Positions 41,279 through 54,595 of a stretch of 64,000 nt of DNA are shown piece by piece (the first letter of the stretch is position 1; each line of letters begins with the position of its first letter). Both the position numbers and the translations under genes were made by a program. The DNA lies in assembly GCA_964016885.1 (NCBI GenBank), contig OZ024757.1:27280001-27344000 (forward strand), read 5' to 3'. The stretch comes from Eledone cirrhosa (lineage: Eukaryota). The notes below the pieces were generated by a model. It saw only the letters and a program-made list of their open reading frames with translations, was not told the origin of the DNA and ran no database searches.

Positions 41279-42252
41279 TGGTCTTATAAAAGATATGGTA
41301 AAAAGCACCCAGCATACACTGTAAATGAGGTTGGCGTTAGGAAGGGCATCTAACCATAGAAAACCAGCCAGAAACAGTCCTATATGAGCGAGACACGGTC
41401 ACCCGACCCAACTTGCCTCTGAATGGGACAAACCTGTCTAACCCATGCTAGCGTGGAAGATAGACATTAAATGATGAACATTGGCACGAGGCCAACAATT
41501 CGGGGAAGGGTTAAGTTAATTATATCGACTCCAGTATATAACTGGTATTATCCCACCCCCTACAAACAATACCAATAGATAGTATTGGAATACATCTGAG
41601 TTATATGTTTATTTGGATCAGAACAACACCAGAACACACAGTCACATACACACATAGACACATAGACATGCACATACATTCATATATAGATATATACAGA
41701 AACGCACATACACACACACATACACACAAACATACACACGTATACATAAACACATACAGGCATAAACATACATATACACACATACATAAGCACATACACA
41801 CAGCCACTTACACACACACATACACACATACATACATACATACATAAACACACACACACATAAACATACACGTAAACATATGCACACATACACATACACA
41901 GAAGCATAAACACACATACACACACATAAATACATACACACAGGCATAAACAGACACACACACATAAACACAGACACAAACACACATGATATATTGCATA
42001 AAAAACAACAAATACAAACATCAACAACTCTACCAACATCTACAACAAGAACACCAACACCACCACCAACAACAACAACACAATAGCTGCAGCACATCAC
42101 AAGGGTATTGTCATTGTACAGATGCACAATACCATCAATTGACTTTAGAGAGAGAGAGAGCACCCTTCCTACCCCCTCTACAACCACCATGCCTCACACC
42201 TCTTCTTACTACTAATACTACAACTACCACTATTACTAGTACAACTACTACC

Positions 42253-42306
<54 letters not shown>

Positions 42307-42432
42307 GCTACTACTACTACTACCACCACTACTACTACTACTACCACCACCACCACGACCACCACCACCACCACCACCACCACCACCACCACTACTACTA
42401 CTACCACCACCACCACCACCACCACCACCACC

Positions 42433-42466
<34 letters not shown>

Positions 42467-42514
42467 GTACTACAATTACCACTACTACTAGTACAACTAC
42501 GATTACTTCTAATA

Positions 42515-42693
42515 ATATTTGTTTCTACTTTTGGCACAAGGCCAGCAATTACCCAGTGCATTACTGGTACTTTACTTTATGGACCCTGTAAGGATGAAAG
42601 GCAAAGTTAACCTCGGCAGGATTTGAACTCAGAACGTAAAGGGCCATAGCTCCATGCTGCAAAGCATGGTGTCTGACGCTCTACTGATACTGC
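42515..42693 (-). mobile_element. SINE family 1 copy
   Basis: Tail/core/box motifs; lies between an ACT/ACC array and an ATC array. Confidence 0.85.
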
Positions 42694-43268
42694 TTGTTTC
42701 TACAACCCCCAACACCACCACTACCACCACCAACCACGACAACAACCACCATTGTAACCATCATAACCATCACCATCACTATCATCCCCAACATCATCTT
42801 CATCTCCATCACCATCACTATCATCCCTAACATCACCACCATCATCATCATCATCACTATCATCTCCATCATCACAATCATCACCATCACAATCATCACT
42901 ATCATCATCACGACCACCATCACTATCATTCCTAACATCACCATCACCACCATCATCAACATCACCAATGCTATAACCGTAAACATCACCATTCAACAGA
43001 AGAGAATGGTAGAGAATTCTGCTTCCCCAGGGTAACACAATCTGACCCCTGGGTAAGGTGATCTTTCCATTCTTTGTGTTGATTGTGAAGGGGGCCGGGG
43101 GTATGATGGTATAGTGGTAGAATGTTATGGGGAGGGGGCAGAACAACTAACATCTGTTGTATTATATAAGGGCTAGGAGAAGACAACAACAACAACACAA
43201 TAACAATAACAATACCACCTCTAATGAAAGAATCAATAAAGGAACAACTCAAATTATACCCTACTGTA

Positions 43269-43307
<39 letters not shown>

Positions 43308-43365
43308 TTTAGAACAGCATTATATATATAATAAATGTAATCTGAGTTTTTTGAATATTAATAAT

Positions 43366-43552
43366 TGTTTCTACTATTGGCACAAGGCCAGAAATTACCC
43401 AGTACATTACTGGTACTTTATTTTATCGACCCCGTAAGGATGAAAGGCAAAGTTAACCTCGGCGGGATTTGAACTCAGAATGGCAAGGGCCGTAACTCTA
43501 TGCGTCAAAGCATGGCGTCCGACCCTCTACCGATACTGCCAATCCACCGCCC
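43366..43552 (-). mobile_element. young SINE family 1 copy with 18-bp target-site duplication
   Basis: TTTTTGAATATTAATAAT at 43348-43365 and 43553-43570. Confidence 0.92.
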
Positions 43553-43674
43553 TTTTTGAATATTAATAATAACATTCGATTTGTTTGCAATTATGCAAAC
43601 AAGCCTAATTTTTAAAGCCATGTCAGTAGAATTAACCCTTCATTCTTGCTCTTGTGTTGGCATGTAAACAGAAC

Positions 43675-43716
43675 TGCAGACACTAATGTTTCTGGGTATC
43701 ACCCTTCATCAGTACA
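43675..43716 (-). ncRNA. type I hammerhead ribozyme
   Basis: Reverse complement of 43812-43853; core intact. Confidence 0.75.
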
Positions 43717-43811
43717 ACTCACTGTTCACCTGCCAACTGTCAGTCACTGTATATTTTAGAAAATAACATATATTTTCACTAGCTCTGACAGTTGGCAGGT
43801 GAACAGTGATT

Positions 43812-43853
43812 TGTACTGATGAAGGGTGATACCCAGAAACATTAGTGTCTGCA
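43812..43853 (+). ncRNA. type I hammerhead ribozyme
   Basis: TGTA-CTGATGA-A GGGT GAT ACCC A-GAAACA-TTAG-TGTC-TGCA; GUC site. Confidence 0.78.
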
Positions 43854-44029
43854 GTTCTGTTTACATGCCAACACAAGAGCAAGATGAAGGGTTCATTCTA
43901 CTGACATGGCTTTAAAAATGAGGCCTGTTTGGCATAATTGCAAACGAATTGAATGTTATTAATATTCGAAAAACTCAGATTACATTTATTGTATTCAGCC
44001 ATGTAGAGCGAAAATATTTTTTAAAAAAT

Positions 44030-44109
<80 letters not shown>

Positions 44110-44780
44110 TGTATGTATGTATGTATGCATATATATATGTATATATGTGTTTGTGTGTATGTATGTATATATGTATGTATGTGTGTGTGTGTACATGTAT
44201 GTATGTATGTATGTATGTATGTATGTATGTATGTATGTATGTATATATGTGCAGGGATATGGAAATATTCGGTTTGGTGCCCAAGTGCATGGTTAGCCCA
44301 CCAGGATTAAGGAGGTCCCTAGTTCTTGCTAAGACATCATTCTACAGGATGAAAAACTCTGGTGTAAAACCTGTGTCTCAATGGCAGCCAATGATGTTGA
44401 CCTGTTCTTCTTTTTGGACACCTGTAATCATTGTTGAAAGAGTAGGATTGGTCCAGTGCAAGGCCTTTCTTAACTTAACAAAGTTTCAAACACAGACATC
44501 ACTTCATCTAAACAACTTTCGTGTGTGTTGCGTGAGCATGGCCTTTTCTTTTTTCTTTCACTGCAACATATGCAGAAAGGAATCTAAGCCTTTGGAAGGG
44601 CTAAATAGTTATGTTCATGCCATGTATGAGAAATAGGTCAAGTGGTGACAATTCTCAAAACTGAGATGTAAAGTGTCTTGCTGAAGGACACAATGTACCA
44701 CCTCGAATTCAACTCATGGTTTTATGATCGTGATTGTGAGCTGAACAGCTTCTAACCACTAAACTACAGGCCTTCACATA

Positions 44781-44813
<33 letters not shown>

Positions 44814-44994
44814 GTCCTTCCTACTCATTCATCCCTACTATACATCTATAACAACATAACTTATCTTCCTTCTTTCTCTCTTCCCACTCTCTCTGAAGAG
44901 CACAGAGGGCTCTTCAGTTGGGACAATAACTAACAACTTCTCTAGTTCTCTAGAATTGGTGACATACACAATAAAAGCACCCAGAACATGCTGT

Positions 44995-45300
44995 GAAGGA
45001 GCATGGCTTAGTGGTTAGAGCATCGGGCTTACAATCATGAGGTTGTGAGTTTGATTCTCGGACTAGGATTTGCATTGTGTTCTTGATCAGGATACTTTAT
45101 TTCATGTTGCTCCAGATAATTCAGCTGTAGAAATGGATTGCGATGTCACTGGTGCCAAGTTGTATTGGCCATTGGTGTGGAGAGGGGACACTGGTAAGCA
45201 TAGGCGACTGCTGGTCTTCCATAAACAACCTTGCTTGGACTTGTGCCTTAGAGAGGAACTTTCTAGGTGCAAATCTCATGGTCATTTGTGACCAAAAGGG
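44995..45300 (+). mobile_element. SINE family 2 variant with alternative tail
   Basis: Same head and core, different 3' half shared with 18140-18332. Confidence 0.75.
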
Positions 45301-45567
45301 GTCTTTACTCTTTACATGCTGTAAACTGGTTTGTGATAGGAAGGGTATCTAACCATAGAAAGAATGACAAACAATGGGTTGAGGGGATCATTCATTCAGT
45401 TGTGGTCAAAGCCATGACAAACTCCCTTGAGTTGGTGATCTACATGATGAATGCATCCAGTACATGCCCTAGCAGAACCAAGACAATGAGGGAATCTCTA
45501 AACAGACGTTTAATCTGCTAGAATTAACAGCCAAATCTCCCTAATATCACACACTGCCCTTAATTAA

Positions 45568-45788
45568 CCCTTTAGCATTTACCTGACTCTATATTTACTA
45601 TTATATTTTCATGCGAAAGGCTTTACCTCTCATAATTATCTCACATAATATCAAATCTATGAGATTTTGATGTTATTTATTTTGAGAACAATACCTTAAC
45701 ATCAGTATGAGCAGCTGGTTACAGCCAGTTTGAACAGAAAGAGGTGAGAGAATTCTGGACGGATACAGCCAGTTTAAATGCTAAAGGG
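45568..45788. mobile_element. piggyBac-type MITE
   Basis: TTAA-CCCTTTAGCATTTA...TAAATGCTAAAGGG-TTGA. Confidence 0.75.
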
Positions 45789-46788
45789 TTGATTGATAAA
45801 GAAATCTGCATTGGACAAAAAGACTTTCTTATATAAAACAAAAAGATGGGATGGTCACAACTAGAACACTTTTGATCATAGATCTAGCAGATCAGGACTG
45901 ACCTGGGGCTAAACAACAACAACAACAACAGCACTAACACAGGCTATACAGCAAACATACAGAAATCTTCTATTTCTGAAGTGAAATCAACTTCATGGGA
46001 TAACAGATCAGGTTACACCAACATTGTTTAGACTCAAAGACAGAAAAAATGGCACTTGTAAAAGTTCTTGGATTCAAATATAAGGTTTCATTTGTGTTTA
46101 ATTATAATATTGCTAAACCCACCCACCTCACACCCCGGCCCCTGTTCCTGACCCGGCCACGAGTCTTCGTCATCATCATCGTAATCATCAACATCATTAT
46201 CATCATCAACATCAACATCATTATCATCATCCTCCTCCTCATCAATATAATCATCATCACATCATCATTATCATCATCATCATCATTTTCATCATCATCA
46301 TCATCACCATCATCACCATCGTTATCATCATCACCATCAGCATGTTTTTTACATATGTTTTTCCATGTTGGCATGGGTTGGATGATGCTAATCTTTGAGA
46401 CAGAATTCTATTGAACTTGTGTTTATGTGGGACATAAACAAAGACCACCACTACTGATGTCAATTGTGAAGTGAAGAGACAGGCACACACGCACACACAC
46501 TCAGACACATGCACATAACTACATATACAAAGCATTGGGAAATTTGAAATTTGAAAATGTTTATATATATATTTATATATATATATATACATATATATAT
46601 GTATGTAAAAGGTAAACAGGAATAACACAATCGGTAATATATATATATATATAGAGAGATGTAAAATCCCAACCGTGGCGCCAAGCGGTTTCGGCTTGTG
46701 TGTTCAGCAAGCTTTTCTAGGACTCTACATCTCTCGATGCATTGAGTACTCACATGATTACTGATCTCCTCGATCTCAGCGCTGCAGA

Positions 46789-46827
<39 letters not shown>

Positions 46828-46837
46828 AATCAGTGTC

Positions 46838-46880
<43 letters not shown>

Positions 46881-46882
<2 letters not shown>

Positions 46883-47065
46883 AAAAGAGTCAGGACTCTG
46901 ACAGCTGAGCTCCGGCCATTTCAACCAGTTCAGATCTAGCTGTTGAAACAGCCAGAGCTCAGCCGTCGGGGTCCTGACTCTTTTCCTATTACCCACTCTA
47001 CTACCCTAAGTATTGAGTACTCTGGTGCATTATGGTCCACCTGGTATCTTACAACACCCTCTTTG
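46881..47065. mobile_element. short palindrome-plus-tail element carrying the 3' half of a hammerhead
   Basis: Palindrome 46881-46986 plus unique tail; same family at 56905-57116, 59585-59645, 62490-62580 and ~19750; all in (AT)n. Confidence 0.65.
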
Positions 47066-47096
<31 letters not shown>

Positions 47097-47632
47097 TTGA
47101 AAATGTGGAAATCCCAAACGTAGAAAATAACTGTAACAACAGCTAAATGCTATAAATAATAACTTTAAAAATTGGGTAAAACACCTTTATAATTGTAAAA
47201 ATAGTGGCCCTGAGGCTACTATAGGAAATGAAACTCAATATTTCCCAAATACTACTTGCATAACCATTTGATAAATACAGAATTTTGCTCTCCACAATGG
47301 CTGCTGGCCACTTTTTTCCATCTCTAGAAGGGATCACAAAATGCTGAAACCCAGAGCAGAAGATGATGAAAGAATCAAGGGATGCTGTGTTGGAAGGGAC
47401 CTGTCCAACCCATGCAAGTATGAGAAAATGGATATAAAATGGTGATGATAATGATAAGCCAGCAGCAGTTCTGTGAGAGCAAGACATGGTCAAGCGACCC
47501 AAGTTGCCTCAAAGGGGACAACCCGTCTAACCCATGCTAGTGTGGAAAAATGGATATTGAATGATGATGATGATGATATAAGCCAATGAATTTGAGAAAA
47601 TAGATGTAAAATGGTGATGATAATGATATATA

Positions 47633-47710
47633 CAGGGTGCCCCAAAAAGTGTATACACACTTTTATTGGAATGCTGCTGAAGAGTATATACACTTTTTAG
47701 GGACACACTG
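47633..47710. mobile_element. Tc1/mariner-type mini-MITE
   Basis: TA-CAGGGTGCCCC...GGGACACACTG-TA. Confidence 0.75.
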
Positions 47711-48244
47711 TATATAAGGCAGTCAATTTGACAGAGAGATCAGAGCGTTGGATAATTGTTCTGCGTTTCTATGTTCTGAGTTCAAATCCTACAATCCCAT
47801 TCTAGATATTTGGGGGGGGGGGGGGCGGGTGTCTGTTCATGACTACATGGGTACCTAAAATCCTTAACAAAAATATGCTACATACTACCAAATCATACTT
47901 GATTGTGACTAATGGCTGTAGTATATGTAAATACTTACACAATGTATATATATATTTCACATTGCTTATTTATTTGATATGTTGTTGCCATGTATAACAT
48001 TATACGTCACACTTGATGTAAAACCACGACTGTTTTCTAATTTGTCCTTGTAATGTTCCCTCATATATTGCTCTTGTGGTAAACTGCCGTTTTTATATTT
48101 TATATTTTTTTCATTATAAATTGATTTTGTTATTGTGTATTTTTACTCAAATCTATTGTAAACCCCCACTGTCCCTGTCTTTGTATTGTCCCCTATATGT
48201 CGGCCCTTGTGGCCAATAAATGAAACCATTATTATTATCATTAT

Positions 48245-49155
48245 TTGGCAGTAACCGTAGAGGGTCGGACGCCATACTTTCCAGCATAGAGTTACGTCCC
48301 TTTACGGTCTGAGTTCAAATCCCACCGAAGTTAACTTTGCCAATGTTTACAATGGTGGTTGTTGTAGTAGTTGGTGGTGGTGATGATTATTGTTGTTGGT
48401 GATGGTGATGGTGTTGGGTGTTGTAGAAACAAGAAACAGGCAGTATCGGTAAAACGTCAGACACCATGCTTTGCAGCATAGAGTTATGTCTCTTTACGGT
48501 CTGAGTTCAAATCCCGCTGAAGTTAGCTTTGCCTTTCATCCTTACGGAGTTGATAAAATGAAGTACCAGTAACGCACTGGAATAATTGCTGGCCTTGTGC
48601 CAAAAGTAGAAACAATTACTATCATTATTGTCTGGGCGGTGGATTGGCAGTATCGGTAGAGGGTCGGATGCCATGCTTTCCAGCATAGTTACGTCCCTTT
48701 ATGGTCTGAGTTCAAATCCCGCCGAGGTTGACTTTGCCTTTCATCCTTACGGGGTCGATAAAATAAAGTACCAGTAATGTACTGGGTAATTGCTGGCCTT
48801 GTGCCAAAAGTAGAAACAATTACTATCATTATTGTCTTTAATACAAAACCAAGAATTTCATATATCTTGGAAAGAATGCATAGAGTTGTTCGTTCAAATT
48901 TTAAGATAATTAGAATCTACATTCTTAGCTAGTATAATGATTTCTAGTATAGGCACAAGACCAGAAACTTGAAGTGGAGGGGAAAATCGATTAAATCGAC
49001 CTCAGTGCATTACTGGTAATTTAGTTTATTGACCCCATAAGGATGAAAAGCAAAGCTAACCCCAGCAGGATTTGAACTCAGAACGTAAACGGCCGTAACT
49101 CTATGCCGCTAAGCATGGTGTCCGACGCTCTACCAATTCTGCCAATCCACCACCC
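48245..49155. mobile_element. SINE family 1 cluster (three plus copies, one minus copy) downstream of a Tx1-like 3' end at ~48110-48235
   Basis: Copies at 48245-48341, 48438-48620 and 48633-48822 (+), and 48940-49155 (-). Confidence 0.85.
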
Positions 49156-49445
49156 TAATAATAATTAGCTAGTATAATGACAAGTATGTTTTTAAAACAG
49201 CAAGTGAGTTTGAAAGTGGAAATAGAAGCTTTCACCGTATTTTTGACTAAAGAAATTTTAGCCTGATAGTGGGGTAGAACCCTCTAAGAAATGGAAAAAG
49301 GTTCAAGGTTAACATATCCAGCTCTTGAGTAAGAATTTTATTTTCCCCCAGGTAGGTGCTTATCCCAGTTTAATTGGCATTAAGGGTCTTTAGGAGAGAA
49401 AATGTTGGGAACCACTGCATATAGGTTGAGAGATACATTCTTTAA

Positions 49446-49665
49446 CCCTTTAGCATTCACATTACTCTATATATACTATTATATTTTCATGGTAAAGGCT
49501 TTACCTTGGATAATTATCTCACATAATAATGAATCTATGAGATTTTGAAAGTATTTATTTTGTGAACAATACCTTAACATCAGTTTGAGCGACCAGTTAC
49601 AGTCACTTTCAACAGAAAGAGGTAGAGAATTCTGGCCGGTTTTGGCTATATTTAACATTAAAGGG
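49446..49665. mobile_element. piggyBac-type MITE
   Basis: TTAA-CCCTTTAG...TAAAGGG-TTAA. Confidence 0.8.
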
Positions 49666-49852
49666 TTAACTGGCATAATAATTTTAGCCCTTTAATTACC
49701 ATATTTCTAATGAAATACACTGCCTATGACTTTCAAATAATTTTGGCAATAATAACACTGTTCAACACAGTTTTTGCTGACTTAGGTTTTGTAGTTGTCT
49801 TTAGCTAACTTTCAGGTGCTGATTTCAAATATGGCATCCATTATTTCCCTAA

Positions 49853-50442
49853 CGGTGAATTGGCAGTATCGGTAGAGGGTCGGACGCCATGCTTTGAAGC
49901 ATAGAGTTACGGCCCTTGCTATTCTGAGTTCAAATCCCGCTGAGATTAACTTTGCCTTTCATCCTTATGGGGTCGATAAAATAAAGTACCAGTAATGCAC
50001 TGGGTAATTGCTGGCCTTGTGCCAAAAGTAGAAACAATTATTTCCCTAACATATCTGGTTTTCATGTTTGTCTTTCGCTCGGCTATCTCATAAACACAGG
50101 AAACACAGATATATAATTGAAGAGATTTAATAATATATCTAAGTTTCTCATTGTCAAACTGATGTTTGGAACATAACTCATGAAAGGTTCTTACATAGAA
50201 TTAGCTTTGTAGCGTAGAACCACACTGAAGTTGATGATGATGATGATAAGGGCGATGATAATTGTTTCTACTTTTGGCACAAGGCCAGCAATTACCCAGT
50301 GCATTACTGGTACTTTATTTTATCGACCTCGTAAGGATGAAAGGCAATGTTAACCTCGGCGGGATTTGAACTCAGAATGGCAAGGGCCGTAACTCTATGC
50401 GTCAAAGCCTGGCGTCCGATCCTCTACCGATACTGCCAATCC
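49853..50442. mobile_element. inverted pair of SINE family 1 copies (49853-50040 +, 50257-50442 -)
   Basis: Both near full length and highly similar. Confidence 0.88.
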
Positions 50443-51394
50443 ATGATAATAATGATGATGGTAAAGTTGATGAGGATGATTATGGCAATGAGAAACAACG
50501 ATGGTGGTGATGATGATGATGATGATGATGACAAGACTGGTGATGACGATGATGATAGTGATAAGACTGATGATGACGATGATGATGAAGATGATGGTGA
50601 TGGTGATGGTGATGGTGATGACAAAACTGATGATGATGACGATGATGGTGGTGATAAGATTGACGATAATAATGATGATGGTGAAGATCACGAGGCTGAC
50701 TATGTCAACGATAAACAACTACGATGGTGATGATGATGATGGTGACAAGATTGATGATGATGGTGAGGAGGAGGTGGAGGAGGATGACTATGTAAACCAT
50801 AAACAATGATGATGATGGTGACAAGACTGATGACGACAGCGATGATGTTGATGATGATGATGATGATGACAATTTCAATGATAAACAATGATGATCATGA
50901 TGATGATGATGACGGCGACGATGATGGTGATAAGACTGATTATGACGATGATGATGATGATGATGATGATGACGATGTCGATGATAAACAATGATGATGA
51001 TGGTGGTGATGGCGGTGACTAGACTGACGACGACGACAACGATTTACGACAGTGATAAGATTGACTACGACGATGATGATGATAATGATGATGATAATTT
51101 TCTCACCTCCTCCTCCTCCATCAAAGCCCCCCCCCTCTCTCTCTCTCTCTCTCTGCCGTCTATTCTCCAAATGCCATGCAGTGCACATGTCCTAGACACA
51201 ATCTCTTGTGTCATCACTTTCTGCAGCATTGTATGTTTTAGAAAGAAAGGCTGGCTGCCTAGGTCAGCACCAAACTATTTCAATAATAACAACAATAACA
51301 AAAAGTAACAACAGCAAAAATACCATTATTATCATCATCATCATCATCATCATCATCATTATTATTATTATTATTCTTTCCATTATTATCTTTA

Positions 51395-51630
51395 TTACGC
51401 ATCATCACTACTTTACCGAGCACAGCTCTGTGTGCCTTGGGTATGTGCAGTGTGGTTTTCAGTGGTGTTTGTTCTATTGTAGTAAGAGTACTCTTCGTAA
51501 TATGTGTGCAGTGCCTAGTAGTGCTATTTTTTGTATGTTGCATGTTGTATATATTTGTGAGTCCTGCAGTTGTTGCTTATGTATCTGTCTGCATCCTTTT
51601 TTTTATCATTCGCAGAACACCTATTTATTA
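51395..51630 (-). mobile_element. R4/Dong-clade non-LTR retrotransposon 3' end
   Basis: Minus strand encodes NIQKIALLGTAHILRRVL, recalled as the typical R4/Dong ORF terminus; TAA/ATT repeats on both sides. Confidence 0.7.
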
Positions 51631-51637
51631 TTAAAGT

Positions 51638-52153
51638 AACAGTAATGCACTGGGGCTGATGTAATCGACTTCCCCTCCCCTTCAAATTGCCGGCATTGTG
51701 CCTATAGTAGAAACAAGTATTATTATATAATAACAATTGTTTCTAATATAGGAACAAGGCCAGCAATTTGGGGAGAGGGGAAAGTCGATTAAATCGACCC
51801 TAGGGCATTACCGAAACTTTATTTTATTGACCCACTAAAGATGAAAGACAAAGCTAACTTCAGTGGGATTTGAACTCAGAACGTAAAGGGGCGTAACTCT
51901 ATGATGCAAAGCATGTTGTCTGACGCTCTACTGATACTGCTAACCCACTGACCTCAATGATAATAATAATAGTTTCTACTTTAGGCACAAGGCCAGCAAT
52001 TATCCAGTACATTACTGGTACTTTATTTTATCAACCCCGTAAGGATGAAAGGCAAAGTCAACCTCGGCGGGATTTGAACTCAGACCGTAAAGGGACGTAA
52101 CTATGCTGGAAAGCATGGCGTCCGACCCTCTACCGATACTGTCAATCCGCGCC
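51638..52153. mobile_element. SINE family 1 cluster
   Basis: Fragment (+) 51638-51720; copies (-) 51733-51952 and 51965-52153. Confidence 0.85.
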
Positions 52154-52194
52154 TATGATAATAATCCTCAATGATAATAATAATAATCATCTAG

Positions 52195-52501
52195 ACGCAG
52201 TAGAGGAAGACCACGGAAAATGTGTGGACGTGGTGAGAGCTGACCTCAGATCATTGAAGTTCACAGAGGAGATGACAAAGGACCATGACGAATGGAGAGA
52301 TGCTGTGCTGAATAGGACCTGTCCTAGTGGAAGGAAGACACAGTAGAGGAAGATGATGGAAAACATGGGTGGAGGCGATGAGAGCTGACCCCAGATTGCT
52401 GAAGCTCAAAGAAGAGATGACGAAGGACCGTGACAAATGCAGAGATGCTGTGCTGAAGAGGACCTGTCTCATCCTTGCAAGCAGGGAAAAGCGGATGTAA
52501 A

Positions 52502-52539
<38 letters not shown>

Positions 52540-52715
52540 ATGTTCATTTTCCCATAGGCCGGGCAAGTGTTTTCCAGCACAGCTTCCTTCCATCTCCTAG
52601 TATGTTCCTTCATCATTGACTCTGTGAGGTTCATTCTTTTGAGATCTACCCTCACCACTTCTGCCCTACCCTGGTCTTCCTCTACTGCAGCTTCCTTCCA
52701 CTGGGAACTCTTCTG
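52195..52715. mobile_element. three RTE-clade LINE 3' fragments (two +, one -)
   Basis: RGRPRK..DVVRADLRSLKFTEEMTKDHDEWRDAVL; tail GCAAGCAGGGAAAAGCGGATGTAAAAT(GAT)n shared with SINE family 2. Confidence 0.8.
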
Positions 52716-52934
52716 GCACACCATCACCCAACAAACGTCATTCGTACAAATCACACACACACACACGCATACACACACACATATACCTGCAACAAGAACA
52801 AGTATACTTGTGCACATGCTTCCATATACATGCAGCTGCAACATTACTGAAAAATGAAACCAGTACAGCAAACTATATTTAAAACATGCATATACGCATA
52901 CACACACATACACATATACACACACACGTGCACA

Positions 52935-52961
52935 GAGGGAGAGAGTAGTGAGAGAGAAAGG

Positions 52962-53036
<75 letters not shown>

Positions 53037-53165
53037 GTTGAAGGGGGAATAGAGGATTTAAAGTCAGAGAGAGTTAAAACAGGAAAGAGGGGGATGGAGA
53101 GAGCAGTGAGAGATAGGTAGAAGAAAAAGAAGGGGAAAGAGGGAAGGAAAGAGGAGTAAGAGAAA

Positions 53166-53246
<81 letters not shown>

Positions 53247-53471
53247 AATAGGGTGAGGGGAAGAAACAGAGTGAAAGAGAGAGAGAAGAGATAGCGTAGG
53301 GGGGAAAAACAGAGGGAAACGAGAGAGTGGTAGAAGGAGTGAGAGTGAGATGGAAGAGAGGGTGGGTAGAGAAGTGAGGGAGATAGGATGACAGAGAGAG
53401 CGAGAGAGGGAAGGGGGCCATATAGATATACAGCTGATTGTGCAGTGACTGCTTTGTAAGGGAGGTGGGGA

Positions 53472-53527
<56 letters not shown>

Positions 53528-53656
53528 AGGAGAAGGGAGTAAGAGGTGGATGTGAGAGTGAGATGAAAGAGAGGCAGCAGGGCCATATAGATATACAGCT
53601 GTTTGTGCAGTGGCTGCTATGTAAGGAAGGTGGGTAAGAGAGAGAGAGAGAGAGAC

Positions 53657-53689
<33 letters not shown>

Positions 53690-53947
53690 TGAAAGAGAGA
53701 GAGAGAGAGAGATGAAAGAGGGAGAGAGGGATAGAGAGAGAGAGAGAGAGAGAGGGAGAGTGTATATAGATATACAGCTGTTTGTGCAGTGGCTGCAGTT
53801 CAGTGGAGAGAGGTGCATATCCCAGCTGTCTACTGTAACACTGTTTGATGTTATCAATAGCTGGGGCTTGTTGCACAATTGCTCATTTGTTCATAATAAA
53901 ATATAATATATATATATATATACACACATCTCTCTCTCTCTCTCTCT

Positions 53948-54008
<61 letters not shown>

Positions 54009-54031
54009 AACATCTCTCTCTCTCTCTCTCT

Positions 54032-54076
<45 letters not shown>

Positions 54077-54097
54077 AACATCTCTCTCTCTCTCTCT

Positions 54098-54142
<45 letters not shown>

Positions 54143-54165
54143 AACATCTCTCTCTCTCTCTCTCT

Positions 54166-54216
<51 letters not shown>

Positions 54217-54257
54217 AACATCTCTCTCTCACTATCTCTCTTTATATATATATATAT
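52935..54257. repeat. (GA)n-rich tract, then higher-order [CACAAACA(TC)n TT(TA)n] x5 repeat
   Basis: Direct reading; also three copies of TATAGATATACAGCTG.TTGTGCAGTG at ~53420, ~53585 and ~53765. Confidence 0.9.
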
Positions 54258-54595
54258 ATAATATAAAATCAAAAGATGGTTAAAAGAGTTCCATATATTT
54301 TATTATGCGCATTTCAAAAACAAATATCATCATGTGATGATATTTGCGTTCGCATCAGATAAAATAGGGAGACATGATATGAAGCTTAAAAAACACTTGC
54401 GAGCAGTGAAGTGTTAAATCAACATATATGTTGATTTAACACTTCACTGCTCGCAAGTGTTTTTTAAGCTTCATATCATGTCTCCCTATTTTATCTGATG
54501 AGAACGCAAATATCATCACATGATGATATTTGTTTTTGAAATGCGCATAATAAAATACATGGAACTCTTTTAACCATCTTTTGATTTTATATTAT
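54258..54595. mobile_element. near-perfect ~338-bp palindrome, Penelope-like inverted pseudo-LTR
   Basis: Centre 54426/54427, about two mismatches, abuts (AT)n. Confidence 0.78.
54487..54557 (+). ncRNA. type I hammerhead ribozyme (AUA site, palindromic stem III)
   Basis: TATTTTAT-CTGATGA-GAACGCAAATATCATCA CA TGATGATATTTGTTTTT-GAAAT-GCGC-ATA-ATAAAATA; 8-bp stem I; the mirror copy has CTGATGC. Confidence 0.78.

Larger units (their letters stand above)
43330..43990. mobile_element. Penelope-like inverted repeat with a hammerhead in each arm; left arm interrupted by a SINE
   Basis: 43330-43365 plus 43553-43745 pair with 43785-43990; (AT)n on both sides. Confidence 0.8.

Noticed and set aside
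44235-44636. Non-repetitive part of the 183-aa ORF
   Set aside because: The start lies in a microsatellite; the end (HCNICRKE..GLNSY) looks more like a decayed LINE C-terminal zinc finger; cannot be supported either way
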